DNA from: Lobosporangium transversale
Lineage: Eukaryota
Direction of reading: 5' to 3'
Assembly (NCBI RefSeq): GCF_002105155.1
Contig: NW_019028995.1
Coordinates: forward strand, 620,001 to 684,000
DNA: 64,000 nucleotides
Part shown: one piece after another, positions 29,082 to 42,398 of the stretch
Layout: each line of letters begins with the position of its first letter
How positions within the stretch are numbered: the stretch's first letter is position 1
Position numbers and translations under genes: made by a program
Notes under the pieces: generated by a model
What the model saw: the letters and a program-made list of their open reading frames with translations, nothing else
The model's database searches: none
Told to the model about the DNA's origin: nothing

Positions 29082-31582
29082 GGATTATCAAGAACTACTA
29101 GACCAAGGTTGGAGAAGGTATTGTATACTAAAAAAAAAAGAGAGATTACTATGCCATGAAGAGAAGGATGAGAGAAGAATATCACCAGAGAAAGCCCATA
29201 ACAAATCTTTAACCAAAACCCTCCTTCTATATCTTTCTATTAGGTTTGGTCTGTATCTGTATAAGCCTAATCTAAGAGATAGGTAGGTCCAACAGATTCT
29301 ATTTGTTAGTGAGGTTGGTCCGGTCCACTTGTTAGGGGGGAAGGGAGGGGCCATGAAATAAAATATGACATGACCATACACACACTCTTTTGGGCTTACA
29401 TGGAGGAAATAGATCAATATGATCCAATTATTAGGAGAGATCCGCCACATGTTGGAAATTATATTTTCATTTTCGAAACAATTGTCTTTTCCCCATTCAA
29501 AGCAAAATCCTTTTGTCTTTCATTGACATTGGTTATTCCCCACTCTTTTTTTTTTTCTCTTCTAAATGCTCTTTTATTTCCTTTGTGCTTGTCTAGTTGT
29601 TGTCGACAGTACACAATTCGGTAAGTTTTTCGCCCAAAAGGATTTGCGAAATATTTTGTACGCGCCCGCAATTACCGCATTTCTAAATTTAACTCTGAAA
29701 ATCTTCCCTCCACCTTTGATTAATTTCGTTCCTCCTACAAAAGTGTTAATACGTCTGAATTTACTCCTTCCAAGGGTCAGCGACGTGCAGTTGCTAGACT
29801 TAATCGCTACATCAAGAATCAATACGTTCCATTGAAGATCTCTCGCGAAAGTGTTGCTCGAGAAGATGCAAGCTTAAATGATGAACACAGCCACAGTCCC
29901 AGTCCAGAGCCTACCACTGCTACTACTCCTTCTACTTCTACCCAACGAAGTCCCTCACTCCATCATGGTCATGGTCTTCGCCGGAAATCAAGCACTCCCC
30001 CAATCAGCGTCAAAGGCAGCAATGGTGGTGGCCATGGTGAGCCTGCGGACTTTCTTCAAAGTATCTATGCCGCAGATGTGGATCGGATGCGTAATGCCGG
30101 GGAAATAGATTGGAAGCGGTTTAAGGTTAGTAAATATATATATATTAAGAGATCTTTGTATGATATTATGATTTGGAGAGTTAAAATAGTACATTGGCTC
30201 CTTCAAGGCACTATCTAACACGCTGTTTATTTTATTTTATTTTATTTTGTTATTATTATTAAAGGTTGTTTTGGAACCTGCGACGTTTACACAAGAAAAG
30301 TATGACCTTTATTGCCATTATCAGCAAGTGATTCATCAGGTTCCTTCATCTATGCTCTCACGAGAGGCCTTTGACAGCAATGCGACGCGTACACCTCTTG
30401 TGGTAAGATGTGCTTTCCGTACTACATAGTAATGCTTAAAAACACTAATATCTTCTCACGTTTGGGCTAATATACGTATTTCAATTTCTTCGTTTCTAGG
30501 CCGAGATCAAAACTCCACAGCACGATCGTCTCGGATTGGTTGGTTACGGAACATTCCATCAGTGCTACTATGTTGATGACAAACTAATTGCTGTATCGGT
30601 CTTGGACATATTACCGCGTTGTGTTTCATCTGGATACTTTTACTATGATCCAACACTGTCCAGTCTGTCTTTGGGGAAATACAGTACATTACGGGAGATT
30701 GCTTTGGTTCAGGAGATCAAAATGATCCCAGGCTTTCAGGACATGGAGTATTATACAATGGGACACTATGTGTCGTCAGCACCAAAGACTCATTATAAGG
30801 CTCTTTACCACCCATCTTACCTTTTGGACCCTGTATGCACCCTATGAACAACATTTGCATAGTATATTGTATATTGGAATGTGAAGGGCAAAGTATCCAC
30901 ATTGTTTATTAACTTTTTTTTTTTTTTTTTTTTTTCCTTGGGATGAATAGGAGACATATGGTTGGGTACCATTTGAAAAATGTATCTATCTCTTGCAGTC
31001 AAAAAGATATTTTCCATTCAGCAATTCTGAACTTTTTAACCCAAGAGTAAAAGGACTCTTGATCACAATGGCTGCAGAGATGAGGGCTGCAGAGAAAAGA
31101 GAGCGTGAAAAATCAAAGAATTGTCAAGGGCAACAACAACAACAGCAGCAACAGCAGCAACAGCAACAGCTTTTACCTGAAGTGGAAATGACAGAGTCGT
31201 CCTGTTGTCGTATGGAGACTGATGTATCTGAGGATGTGCAGAAGCTAGGAATTCAGGATGAGTCTAGGACTAAATCGAGATCGGATTTAGGCACATCCTC
31301 GGGTTCAAATTCAGGAAGCAACGATGAGGGAGAAGGCAATTGTAAGCGCAAGAGGCCTTACCAGGATGGGGGATCACCTTCTTTATTAGAATATATGCGT
31401 AGTGGTAAACGACTTTCGCTCACACCACCGCCGTCGTCGTCCTCTATGCCACCTCCAGGAATGATGGATCCTGATGATGTCACGGACCAAGATCTGTCGC
31501 AGCTTGTCGTCTTTCAGGGTGACAAGGCGATGATACTTACGGTAATAGGATCATCATTATTCATGTCATTACCAATATTCTG

Positions 31583-31630
<48 letters not shown>

Positions 31631-31759
31631 GACTTTTTATTTTCTTTTTTAAAATAATAGGATTCAGAAGTTTTCAAAAAGGATAAAAAAGCAATGCGCG
31701 AGTATTATGCCGCTATTGGCCCCGCCTTGGCTCCTAAAATGCTTATTTTTGTCCAGTAG
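28514..31759 (+). CDS. ATE1: Arginyl-tRNA--protein transferase (N-degron pathway)
   Basis: Nine exons: 28514-28633, 29083-29117, 29244-29282, 29597-29620, 29744-30125, 30265-30402, 30500-30832, 30951-31541, 31661-31759. Motifs CGYC, YQELLDQGWRR, YLYKP, CCRQYTIR, YGTFHQCYYVDDKLIAVSVLDILP, SLGKYSTLREI, YYAAIGPALAPKML. Confidence 0.9.
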
Positions 31760-34162
31760 ATTTTGATAATGAGCTTCGATCTGGACGAATGGAGACAACA
31801 AATCGACAAGAACAGCAGAACAAGCATCGAGGAGCTTTCTAATAGATTAGGAAAAGCAACAACAACAATAACAACAATAACAACAATAGCAGCAGCAGCT
31901 AAACAGCTAACCATTGATCCAAGGATAATTATACCCTCTACACAGATCCCAAGTTCGTAGTATAGCATAATATTGCTTTTAATAAAAGACAAATGAGTCT
32001 CTTGTGGATGTTGTTTATCTAAACGTTGTCAGTCATGTTTACTCTGCGTATATACTATTCCTTAAACTATTACTTTTCACCTTTATCAGGCTATTACCTG
32101 TTATCGATTTTTCGATGGTCTATCTTCTTCATCCACCAATATCAAAATTTAAAGGCATCTATGAAGAATAATAAAAAGTTGGGTAGGATAGCATAGCCAT
32201 TTTTGTATAGGTACAGCACAAGAGCTCCTGTAGGATGATTTGTGGGATTTTCAATGCTACCATGTCGGCTGTTAGCGACAGGATTGCCTTTAGCATGCTC
32301 GAAGCTGTAGCATTCAAGCAAGCCTGTGTTATTGAGAACTGGATAAAGTTCTGGAGCCTCTTTTTTTACGCAATCAGCCACATTTTGAGATGTGGCTGTG
32401 ATTTCCACCGAGCGATGTATAAAGACTTGATTCAACCTCATTTCTGACCATCAATATAATTCTTCAATCAATAAAAAAATGGATTATCGTGAATCTGATA
32501 TATTCAATTTCCTGTTTCCTTTCATTCTGTAATACGATCCTGCGATGTGATGCCCACGGCTATTATTTTTCATTGTTTCTCTATTTTGATGCTGTCTTTG
32601 CCTCTCCTGGTTGATGATAACCTCTCACACAATGACGAGTGTCCATATTAACCTCTTATGAGGTCAAGGGCCGATGAGAGTCGAACAGAAATCTGACAGG
32701 AGTGTAAGGGAGTATCTCTCTCTCTCTCTCTCTCTTTATTCATATGACTTCTCCTTCTACTCCCCATCCTCTCCCCTTTGTCATCCTCTTAAATCCTATC
32801 CTAGTAGACGAAGGGAAAGGGAAAAAAATAATGATAATAATAACGACAATAACTGGGTTTTTCCGACTATAATCGATGTTTGCGCCAATGACGACAACTA
32901 GCAAATGATGCCGAGAAGAAGAAACAATGTGGCACCAGAAAAGTTTTCAATCGGATGGAGATATCGCGCCTTTTATAAAGCGGTCTAATACCCGTTTTTG
33001 CTTTTTATTTTTTTATTTTCCTTTATATCTACTGTTTATTATTGTTATAATTTTGGACTAAGAGCTTAATAACAAAGAGTTGGTATGTAGCTTGAAGAGA
33101 AGGAAGGAGAGGAAGAACCACGAAGAGTTTTTTTTTTTGTTTCCAAGGAAAAAAAAAAAAACCTCCCTAATGATGTAAAAATGGAAAGGCATGTTTGAAT
33201 TCGCATCATGATGTTCCTACTTCATTGATAATCGAAGGCGCAACGGTCTTTGCATTTGAAGATCAGAAACGTGAACCTCTTGCTAATGACTGTGTCGATG
33301 AACCAAAAGAAAAGAAGGATATTTAGAAGGACAGGATAGGTAACGCACATGCTCTTTGAGAGAGGTAGTTGGTAATAAGGATTGATGGCAGAGTAATAAA
33401 AAAAGGGAAAAAGTCTATTATTTATGGCTATTGATGGATCTTATAACAAACTGGGAGTCTTTGATCATTTGCCCGAAAGTCTAAAGATTCTTTGTAATAA
33501 GACCCTCTGGCCATAATGATTAATTCTTTTTTTATTACTGCTGCTACTGTTCCTTGGCCTTGCTTTATCTATACATCTCTCTTTTGCAACAAGAGCTGCA
33601 ACTTCCTGTATACCGTCCTTTCTTTCTTTTTTTTTTTTTTTGGTTCCATTACACATCATCTGACTACCTGTTCCATGACTGAACAAGCAAGCATGTTTGC
33701 AATTCGATAACAATGAGGGTGGAAAAGAAGCGATAGAATGATGACCTTGTGATAAATAACTGAAGGGATTTTTTTTTTTTTGTCTTGTCCGGATATTGGG
33801 AATCGGGTCGGAGGGTTGGAATCAAACCGCAGGAGACAAATCTCCTATTGAGGCAATCAACCCTGATAAATCAGTAAAGTCTTCTCAGTGGTGTAGGGAG
33901 TTCTTGGTTGAAAAGGGCACGAGTCCTCTTTTCCCAAGATCTTACTGGTCTGTTCTTCAAGAATTTTTTTTCCTAAAAGTTATTGCAAATCAAACGCAAA
34001 AGGGGAAAAAAAAAATCGCATAAAGTGCACTGATACCCAGTGATTGCATCAATAAAAAATTAATCACTCTCCTTTCAGCCTATTTATCTTTTCATATTTT
34101 CCCACTCACATCACATCGCATCTTTTCTTCTTTTCACACACATTCTATCAACATATATCAAT

Positions 34163-34747
34163 ATGGATTTTTATGCAGAAGCATACGGACGTGACGCTCG
34201 ATCAGAGTCTCCTCTTCCTAAAAATTCATCTCATTTCCCACATGAGGGTGTTTGCCAAGGATATGGCTCTGAAGCCAACGCTCATTTGCGTCGAGCATCC
34301 TCAGGTCTCGAAAAGGATATGGGACGTCATCTTCATGGCTCTGGTCATGGTGACAGCCACAGCAACACAAAGAATTATGAACAATACCGCAGCAGCGGTT
34401 TGCCTGCATCCGGCAAGGGAAACGAAGGCTTCTATTTTTCACTGGGTGCGACACCCACAGAACGTTCACATCAGTCACACCAAGCACACCATGGAACAGA
34501 CCCTGCAAAGATTCCAAGCGCAGATACGAGTGCAAATCCGACTGCAAATATGAATCCAAGTGCGAATACGGATGCTGATGTCCCAACTAAACCTTCGTAT
34601 AACCGAAAGACATCTGTCTCGAATCCTTGTCTATTGCACCATACCAATACTAATGGCAGTGGCACTGTTCGATCACCTGCCATGCCTCGCTCTCTGAGTT
34701 CGTCCCAGTTTTCTGATGATGAAAAGATGAACACTGGATCGTCGTGA
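34163..34747 (+). CDS. Hypothetical 194-aa low-complexity protein (single exon)
   Basis: ATG-initiated ORF of coding-like GC content, preceded by a pyrimidine-rich leader and followed by an AT-rich 3' region with AATAAA. No recognisable domain. Confidence 0.5.
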   Translation: MDFYAEAYGRDARSESPLPKNSSHFPHEGVCQGYGSEANAHLRRASSGLEKDMGRHLHGSGHGDSHSNTKNYEQYRSSGLPASGKGNEGFYFSLGATPTERSHQSHQAHHGTDPAKIPSADTSANPTANMNPSANTDADVPTKPSYNRKTSVSNPCLLHHTNTNGSGTVRSPAMPRSLSSSQFSDDEKMNTGSS

Positions 34748-34850
34748 ACTTTCCACTGAAGAGTCGAGAATTTTTAGTATGATCTGAATGATTCAATAGT
34801 TTTTTGTGATATACTTCCTTGTCAATACCATGAATAAAGTTACAAGAGAT

Positions 34851-34886
<36 letters not shown>

Positions 34887-35349
34887 TCTGGTTTATTTTT
34901 AAATATGATGGAACAGACCAACTACTGTACTAAGTGTGGCTTATGAAACTATGTTAGCCAGTTGGGCGAAAAAAAAAAAAAAAAAAAAAAAAAGTGATCG
35001 ATGGAAAAATAGAGGACGCGTTGGCAGTTGACGAACAATTCGTCAGCAAAAAAAAATTTTTTAAGAGAGCCAACTTTGTTGTTTAAAAGATGACTAGTCG
35101 CTTTGTTATTGGGTAATTGGGGCCTATCCTATGCCTCTTTTAGATCCGGTTTCTGTATGGGAAGATCAGTACATGTACATTGAACTACGTATCCTTCCTG
35201 TCATTAAGATCGGATCGAATCTGGACGGAAAAGAAAAAAAAAAAAAAAAAAGTATTTAATAACCCATTCCTCCCCCTCCTCCATTTTTAAAAAATCCTTC
35301 AACTACAACCACAAAGAAACCACACACACAAAAAACTATCCAACACATC

Positions 35350-35927
35350 ATGGTTACTCTCGTCATCGCTCCCGAATACGGATATGTATGTGAAAAATTC
35401 CACAAAGCCTTTATTATCCTCTTTGCGATAAATAGGAATATCAATGCTAATATGCCTTTATACTATCTTATGATCTTCATAAATGTTCTTTATGTTGACA
35501 TGGGAATATCTTATATTAGACTCTCGCCGTCTCCGTCCTTTCGAGTGTTCTAGTCACAGGTTTTGGGTTCAAGGTCGGAGCATACCGCAAGGTTGCAGGT
35601 GTTCCTCTTCCTCAGATGTATGCGGATGAGGTGGAGGCCAAGAAGGACAGGAAGAAGCAGATCTTTAACTGCAAGCAGCGCGTGCATCAGAACACACTTG
35701 AGGGCTTCGGCTCTTACTTGGTGACGCTCCTCATTGCTGGACTTCGTTACCCTGTTGCCTCTGCCGGATTGGGATTAGTGTGGTGCGCCGGACGTGTCGC
35801 CTACAGCTACGGATACACCAGTGGCGATCCAGCCAAGCGTCAGTGGGGTGCCTTTGGTCACATTGGTGACCTCGGACTCTTGGGTTTGACTGGCAAGATT
35901 GCTTTCGACATGATCATGTCTACTTAA
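35350..35927 (+). CDS. MAPEG family protein (microsomal glutathione S-transferase 3-like)
   Basis: Exons 35350-35385 and 35520-35927 read IAPEYGY..VGAYRKVAGVPLPQMYA..FNCKQRVHQNTLE..GRVAYSYGYTSGDPAKR. Confidence 0.9.
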
Positions 35928-36149
35928 AAAGTAGAAGAAAAAAAAAAAAAAAAAAAAAAAAGGATAAAGATATGTAAACATGTTAGGCATGTCAAAAACA
36001 ATTGTAACAACACTCTCAGTATTAGAATAATAAATGTATATCATTTGTCAAAAGCAAGAATTATCGAATAAATGTAGTCAATCTCTTCTTTCGTTTGCAG
36101 AAACAAAGATCACCACAATCCTTGAGGTGTGTAGATCCGTATTTTTTTT

Positions 36150-36180
<31 letters not shown>

Positions 36181-36630
36181 TAAAAATAAAAAAAAAAAAA
36201 AAAAGCCTTGGTAGATGTATACTATTTAAATAAACAGTAAGCTTCATTCCTCTCTTGTTACACCATCACAGCACATATTTATAAACAATTGATCTGGCTT
36301 TTTATTTTTACAAGGAAAGGATAAACGCAGGACTCTTTTTAAACAAACAATTGATTGGTTTAAGGGGTCATGTCTGAACGTTCCTGGAAGAAGTGGAAGA
36401 AGGAGTAAAGCCCTTCGCCCTTTTTTTTTTTTTTATGATTATCTTTTTTTATATTTGACACTCACATTTTTTTCTCACCTGCTTCTTCTGTTTTCAGTCC
36501 TCGAGACTCTGGTGCATTTTTGACTTGAAGCTTTCCTCTATCGCGAATATCGCGAATACATTATAAGCTTCAATTTTTTTTTTTTTTTTTTTTAAACTCT
36601 CGCCGTTCAAACAAGCAGATTCGTGATCTC

Positions 36631-39600
36631 ATGTCAACACAGAGGAACTCAACTTCTGTCATGTCCGCGATCACTCCTTCTGGTCCACCTAGCACAACAA
36701 CCGCAGCTGGTTCTGTAGTAGTAGACAACACACCTTCAACAGAAAACCTTTCATCAAACGACCCACAAAAGGACAAGGACGATTCCATTCATGCTTTTTG
36801 TCGTGAATATGCCAAGGTATAACAATGTTTCCTCACTTTTTCGATCCATTCGCTGTCCTGTTGACCCTTGGAATTCTTTTTTTTTTTTTTTTTTTTTTTT
36901 TTGAGAACTGGAATTGTACATTATAATCATGGATCTCTCAGGAATAAAAAAAAAAAAAAAAAGAAATACAACGAGAATCGTATGGAGGAGTAGAACAAGG
37001 AGCACGGAAGTCAGGACATTGATCAAATCACTTTGCTAAATAGCCACATAATATATCCCATGGACGTTTAAACCGACCAACATCAAGACTTTGGGCTAAC
37101 TTGAGAATTGACTTTATTGATATATGGAATTGGCAAGCTTTTTATTACCATTATCACAGAGGAAATCCACTAAAGTATTCAGGCACGTACTTGGACTTGA
37201 CTTTCTTTTTTTTTTTTTTTTTTCCCTCCATACCATTGCGGCTATAACATTATAAAAGACAAAGGGATGCTTTGACAGGACACAACGATATTATCCGCTT
37301 TACACCATTACCTTTTTTTTTTTTTTTTTTTTTTTTTTTTGCAGCCATGTATTAATATTAATTAACCCATGATTTTTTATACTTCCCTTTAGAGAATTGC
37401 GACAGCACTAACGAATCATGCAAACGGTACATTTGCGGCGGATGAAAACAATACAAAGGAGTTGGTATTCAGCTCAGGCAAGGAACATATTGTCTGGCCA
37501 TCCCCAGAAGCGTTGATAGAGCTCTACACAAGAGTACAGCGTGATAAAAAGGGTAAAAAAAAAAGAAAGTCATTAATCACTATGAAACAATGTTATTGGA
37601 CTTCCATAGAACTGAGTGACCTTCCCTATTTTCATCATTTGTTCCCGTTTCAGAACCTAAAATTAGGGAGGTTCTATCAGACCAGTCATTCATCGTATCA
37701 AATTTTGCAGCCAGCCTCGCTGATAAGCTTGAGCAACAATTGGGACATCCACGTCAACAGCAACACCAGCAGCAGCAACAACAACATCAACAACAACAAG
37801 CTACTAGGCAAAATGAACAATGTGGCTGTGGATTTGATCATAAGGATCAAAATTCTTTAGGCTTTCCTGATGATAGTTATGAAGATGAACCTGATGAAGA
37901 CGATTTCAATGTTGAGGACGATGAGGACGAAGATGATCGGGATCTGGACGATGAAGATTTTGATGATGATGACGATGACGATGACGATGACGATGATGAT
38001 GATGAGGACGTCGATGAAGAGGAAGAAGAAGGAGATAGTTTAGACGAGGATGATGATGACTACGAAGACGAGGATGATATTGGAAATGATGTATTAGACG
38101 GATACTCACATCATTATGGGGCAGGCAACTTGTCTGCAGCCATTTTCCAAGCCAGGACCGAGAAAAAATTGTTGAATGAATGCTTCAAAAAAAGGCAACT
38201 TCATGAAGCCCAGAAACGGAAACAGGAAGAAGGTGAGAAACTTTGGAGTAGAATGTTATCTGAATGGAGCTACTCTTATTTCTGAAAAAGACGAAGCAAG
38301 AAGCAACAACACCGGTAACAAAAAAAAAAGAGAAAAAATAGTCATAGCTACTGACAATAATATACGTATTGTTGCCATCACTCATCTCAGTGCGGATACA
38401 GCTACTTCAAAGACTACGACTAGAGGATGAAGCACGCCGAAAGCGGGAACAGGAAGAAAAACGGCGGAAAGAGCAGGCAGAACTTGAATTGCGCAAAAAG
38501 CGAGAAGCCCGTAAGCAAATCATCCCTCCGTTGACGTTTATTATCGTTGATTGGCCATTGAGAGTGATGATGGTTCAAAAAAAAAAAAAAAAAAAAAAAA
38601 CGCATATGGATGAGGCCTGAATGCTTATTTTAATTTCCGTTGATTAAACAATACTCATTACAACAGTCGAAACCGACCAGGGAGCGCGGTCATTTCTATT
38701 TGCAATCACTTCAAAGGCCCAAGTTGATCTTGTCAAGAGAATGGTGGAAGCATCACCTGAAGAGTCTGCTGCAATACCAGGACTTCCTCGGTTTAGCACA
38801 CTAGCGGCTGTGCGCCTTTCAGGATGGGAAGACATTTCAGAATCTGGTACCAATTCTGGTACTATCAAAACAAACGGCATGCAAGAAACTCTACTACATA
38901 CTGCAGCCCGTGTAGGATGTCTTGATTTGGTAGAATATTTTGTCAACAAAGGTATGTCCTTATTGTGTCATGATGCTGTACAATAGAGCTATCAGAATAA
39001 TTGACGCTTCATTGCTTCTTGTCTGTAGGTGCTTCTCTCGAAGACCTTGACTCTGAAGGACGAATGCCGCTTCACGCTGCTGCAGCTTCAAACGGGGCCT
39101 CTTTTGCTGTCTGCAAATTTATATTGGAAAAAGTGCCGTATCACATCGACAGAACTAGTCCACCCACAGGAAAAGCAGCAATTCATTATGCAGCCCAGAA
39201 CGGAAATAGCGAATTGGTAGCTCTACTTTTACAGCATAATGCAAGGGTAACATCCGCGGATGCTCAAGGACAGACGCCAGAGGCACTTGCTAAAGCTGGA
39301 CTTGATCGCGAAAAATCCTCCAAGGCAAAAGCGCAAAAGTACCGCGCAACCTTGCATCACATTCAAAAGGCATTAGCCGCCATCAAAGAAGCTCAAAAAC
39401 AGAAGGACGCCTTACTGGAGGAGCAACGGAAGAAAGATGAGGAGTTAGCAAGAGAGGAAGCTGAGAAGGATCGTGTTGCTCGTCGGAAACAAGAGGAGAA
39501 ACTCGAAGCTGATCAGAGAAGGCGCGAAGAAGAAGAGAAGGAGTTGGAACGACTAAAGGCATTGGCCAATGACCCACATGGCCATCATGCAAGTGGAAGT

Positions 39601-42273
39601 AGTAAAAAGAAGAAAAAGAAAAAGGGCAAGGGTAATGCCGACACAGGAGCTTCTACCTCCAAGGAGACATCCTCTACCAAGGCACTTTCAGTGGCAGCTC
39701 AGAATGTCTCTACAAAATCTGCTTCACTTTCACCTATCAGCTCGCCTGTAATCGCTCAGCTTTCACCGCCGCTTAAGGCGCCCTTAAACCAGGCAACTAG
39801 CCAACAATCTATTCTTGCTAAATCCCCAACACCAGCACCGACAATGTCCAACACGCCGATGATATCAAAACCTTCATCATCTACAATTATTTCCGCTCCT
39901 GCTACACCAAGAGCTGTTCCGAGCACATCTGCATCAGGGGTAACCATACCATCTACGGTGGCACCCGCAACTAAGACATCAACTTCAAAGCATCCAAAAG
40001 CTAAAACGAGCTATCGACCATCGCAATTGGTGGTTGCCAGGATGGCAGACATGGGCTTCCCAGTACGCGATTCAAGGAAGGCTCTAATTCAAACAGAAGG
40101 AAAATTCGAAGAGGCTATCGAGTTGCTGACAAGTGGCGCGCCGCTTGCAGATGATTCAGAGGATGAAAATGAAAGAGCGGCCGCAGAATTGGCTGCAAAG
40201 AAAGCAGCTGCAAAGACATCAGAGCCAGCTAGTGTAACGCCATCGACGAAAAAACAAGAGCTACCGAAGGCTACAACTACGACTAAAACATCGAATGTTC
40301 AGCCTACCCAACCTGCCCAGTCTCAATCAACTCCATCAATGTCCAAATCATCAGCGTCACGACAGACTTTGTCAGATGCTCCAACAGGAGCCACTAAACA
40401 AAACTCCAGCAGCGCTCAAACACCCAAAACATCTGTAACACACCCAGTCCAGATTCTCCAACGTCCAGCTGCAGTTTCATATGTCCCAATGAGATCAGTA
40501 CCAACGCAAGTTCTGCAACGACCCTCGACACATGCTACAGCGACAGCCAAGGATTCTATCAAGGACTCTCAACTCAACAAGGACTCACTTTTACCACCAC
40601 AGACTCCCATCGACCATACAAAGCTAGCTGAAGTGATGCCTTTCTTAACTCCACGCACCGTTCCACCAACACCGCCCATAAGAGCACCATACTCATATAA
40701 ATCTACATCTTCTCAAAACCTACCCACGACATCATCAACGACCACTGCACACGTGGCTAATACTCCTCATGACAATTTTGACGCTCAAAGGATAAGTGCT
40801 GCATCATTACCATTACAGCCCGACGTTGACCCAATAACCAATACAATCTCTTCACTTGAGAGTACTCATCATGTATCTATGACCGTTACGGGTTTTGGCG
40901 ACCCTGGATTTTTAGAGACAAAAGAATCTTGGGGATCGCATTCAAATAGCTCTATCATCACACCGGTTGCAATGGATACTCAGTCCGGATCTCATCAGGA
41001 CTTGTCCAGGGTGCAGGATGCTTTTTGGGGATCAAATATTCAACCCGGAACTAATTTCGTGACTGATATCAGCTCGCATGCTCTCGCCTCTCCCTCACAA
41101 ATTGCTGTTACTCTGGGTATCGGATCCCCGTCGCATGCTTTGTTAGCAGCAAGTATGAATGACATGCTCTTACACAGTCAGATGGATATGGATATGGATG
41201 TTGGTGACGTTAACGAAGGCATGATTAAAGATGTGCTGGCAATGACAGGGGCTTTAGAACCCGACGAGCTTCAGGATACCTTTGCAGAGCTCTCAGTTGC
41301 GGAACCAAATGGCTCGTTAGCAAAGAATACTGGACGGCCTTCGATAGCCGTTGGTGAAGGAAGGAGTCATTCAGGATCTGCCAGTCGTAACCCAATGGCG
41401 AGTCTGTGGGGATATGGCTCGTTTACCCAAGATATTTCCGCTTTAAGCCAGTCATGGTCTTCCTCGCCATCTCAGAAAGGTAGTCCTTTAACCATGAGGA
41501 AGGCAATCAACGGTGAATATCATCAATGGAATCCAAATCACCAATATGAGTTTGACAAACTTTTATATCAAACGCAACAGTCAGGCGCTTCTTTAATGAC
41601 AGCCCCTATCAACCAGGATGCTCATATGCAACCATTTGTAGGGCACCTTCTCAGTTCGCCAAGCGCAAATCACTCCTTATTGTCCAATTTTGTCTCAGGT
41701 TCAAACCCTAGCGCCCGTGATAGTATGATCAATGGGAATTTCGTCCAACTGAAACCTACTTCCGCGCAAGTTAATGATCGTGAAGATGGTAATATTGGCG
41801 ATGCATTATGGTACACTGGCGGAGAGTCTATTGACCATTCAAACACTCGGCTGCATAATGAGCCCTATGACATGCCATCGTCTACTTATGCTATTAGCCC
41901 ATACGGAACATCGAACCCGCATTCAGAGTTCGCTTCCTTCTCACACATGTCATTAGCTGCTGGACCAGCGTCGTCCTCCATTACCTCATCCACGAACAAT
42001 GTGAGGGATGCTAATGCCTCTAGGAGTGGTCTTGTGCCTGCAACAACCATTGCAGAGCCAATGAAAGCAAATACAGATATCGATCATAATGCAACAGAAC
42101 CTATTACTGGAGCTGAGAATCATCATCAGCCTTTGTCGCCTGGCATTATAGCACTCAATAATGCGTTGGCGTATTCTCGGTATCCAAAACTTCATCAATC
42201 GAATGGAAATATGAATTTTGAAGCGTTTCATTATGCTCCTCAATCGGTTCAGCAGAATCCAAGACTTTTGTAA
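36631..42273 (+). CDS. Large ankyrin-repeat + UBA domain protein with poly-Q, poly-D/E and coiled-coil tracts
   Basis: Exons ~36631-36816, 37393-37533, 37654-38232, 38390-38511, ~38668-38951 and 39029-42273. Ankyrin repeats ETLLHTAARVG, GRMPLHAAA, GKAAIHYAAQNG. UBA MADMGFPVRDSRKALIQTEGKFEEAIELL. Confidence 0.8.
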
Positions 42274-42398
42274 GAAAGAAATAAATGAATAAAAGCTCTA
42301 AGTGGAGCACACGCTCGCTTCCTTGACAAAATCTTGAATAACCGATAATAATTTATAAAAAGCATATAATGATGGATCCATTTAACGATGAGAAAACT

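Noticed and set aside
32142..32447. Overlapping 99-aa and 70-aa ORFs
   Set aside because: No recognisable domain or exon structure; cannot be supported as a gene.
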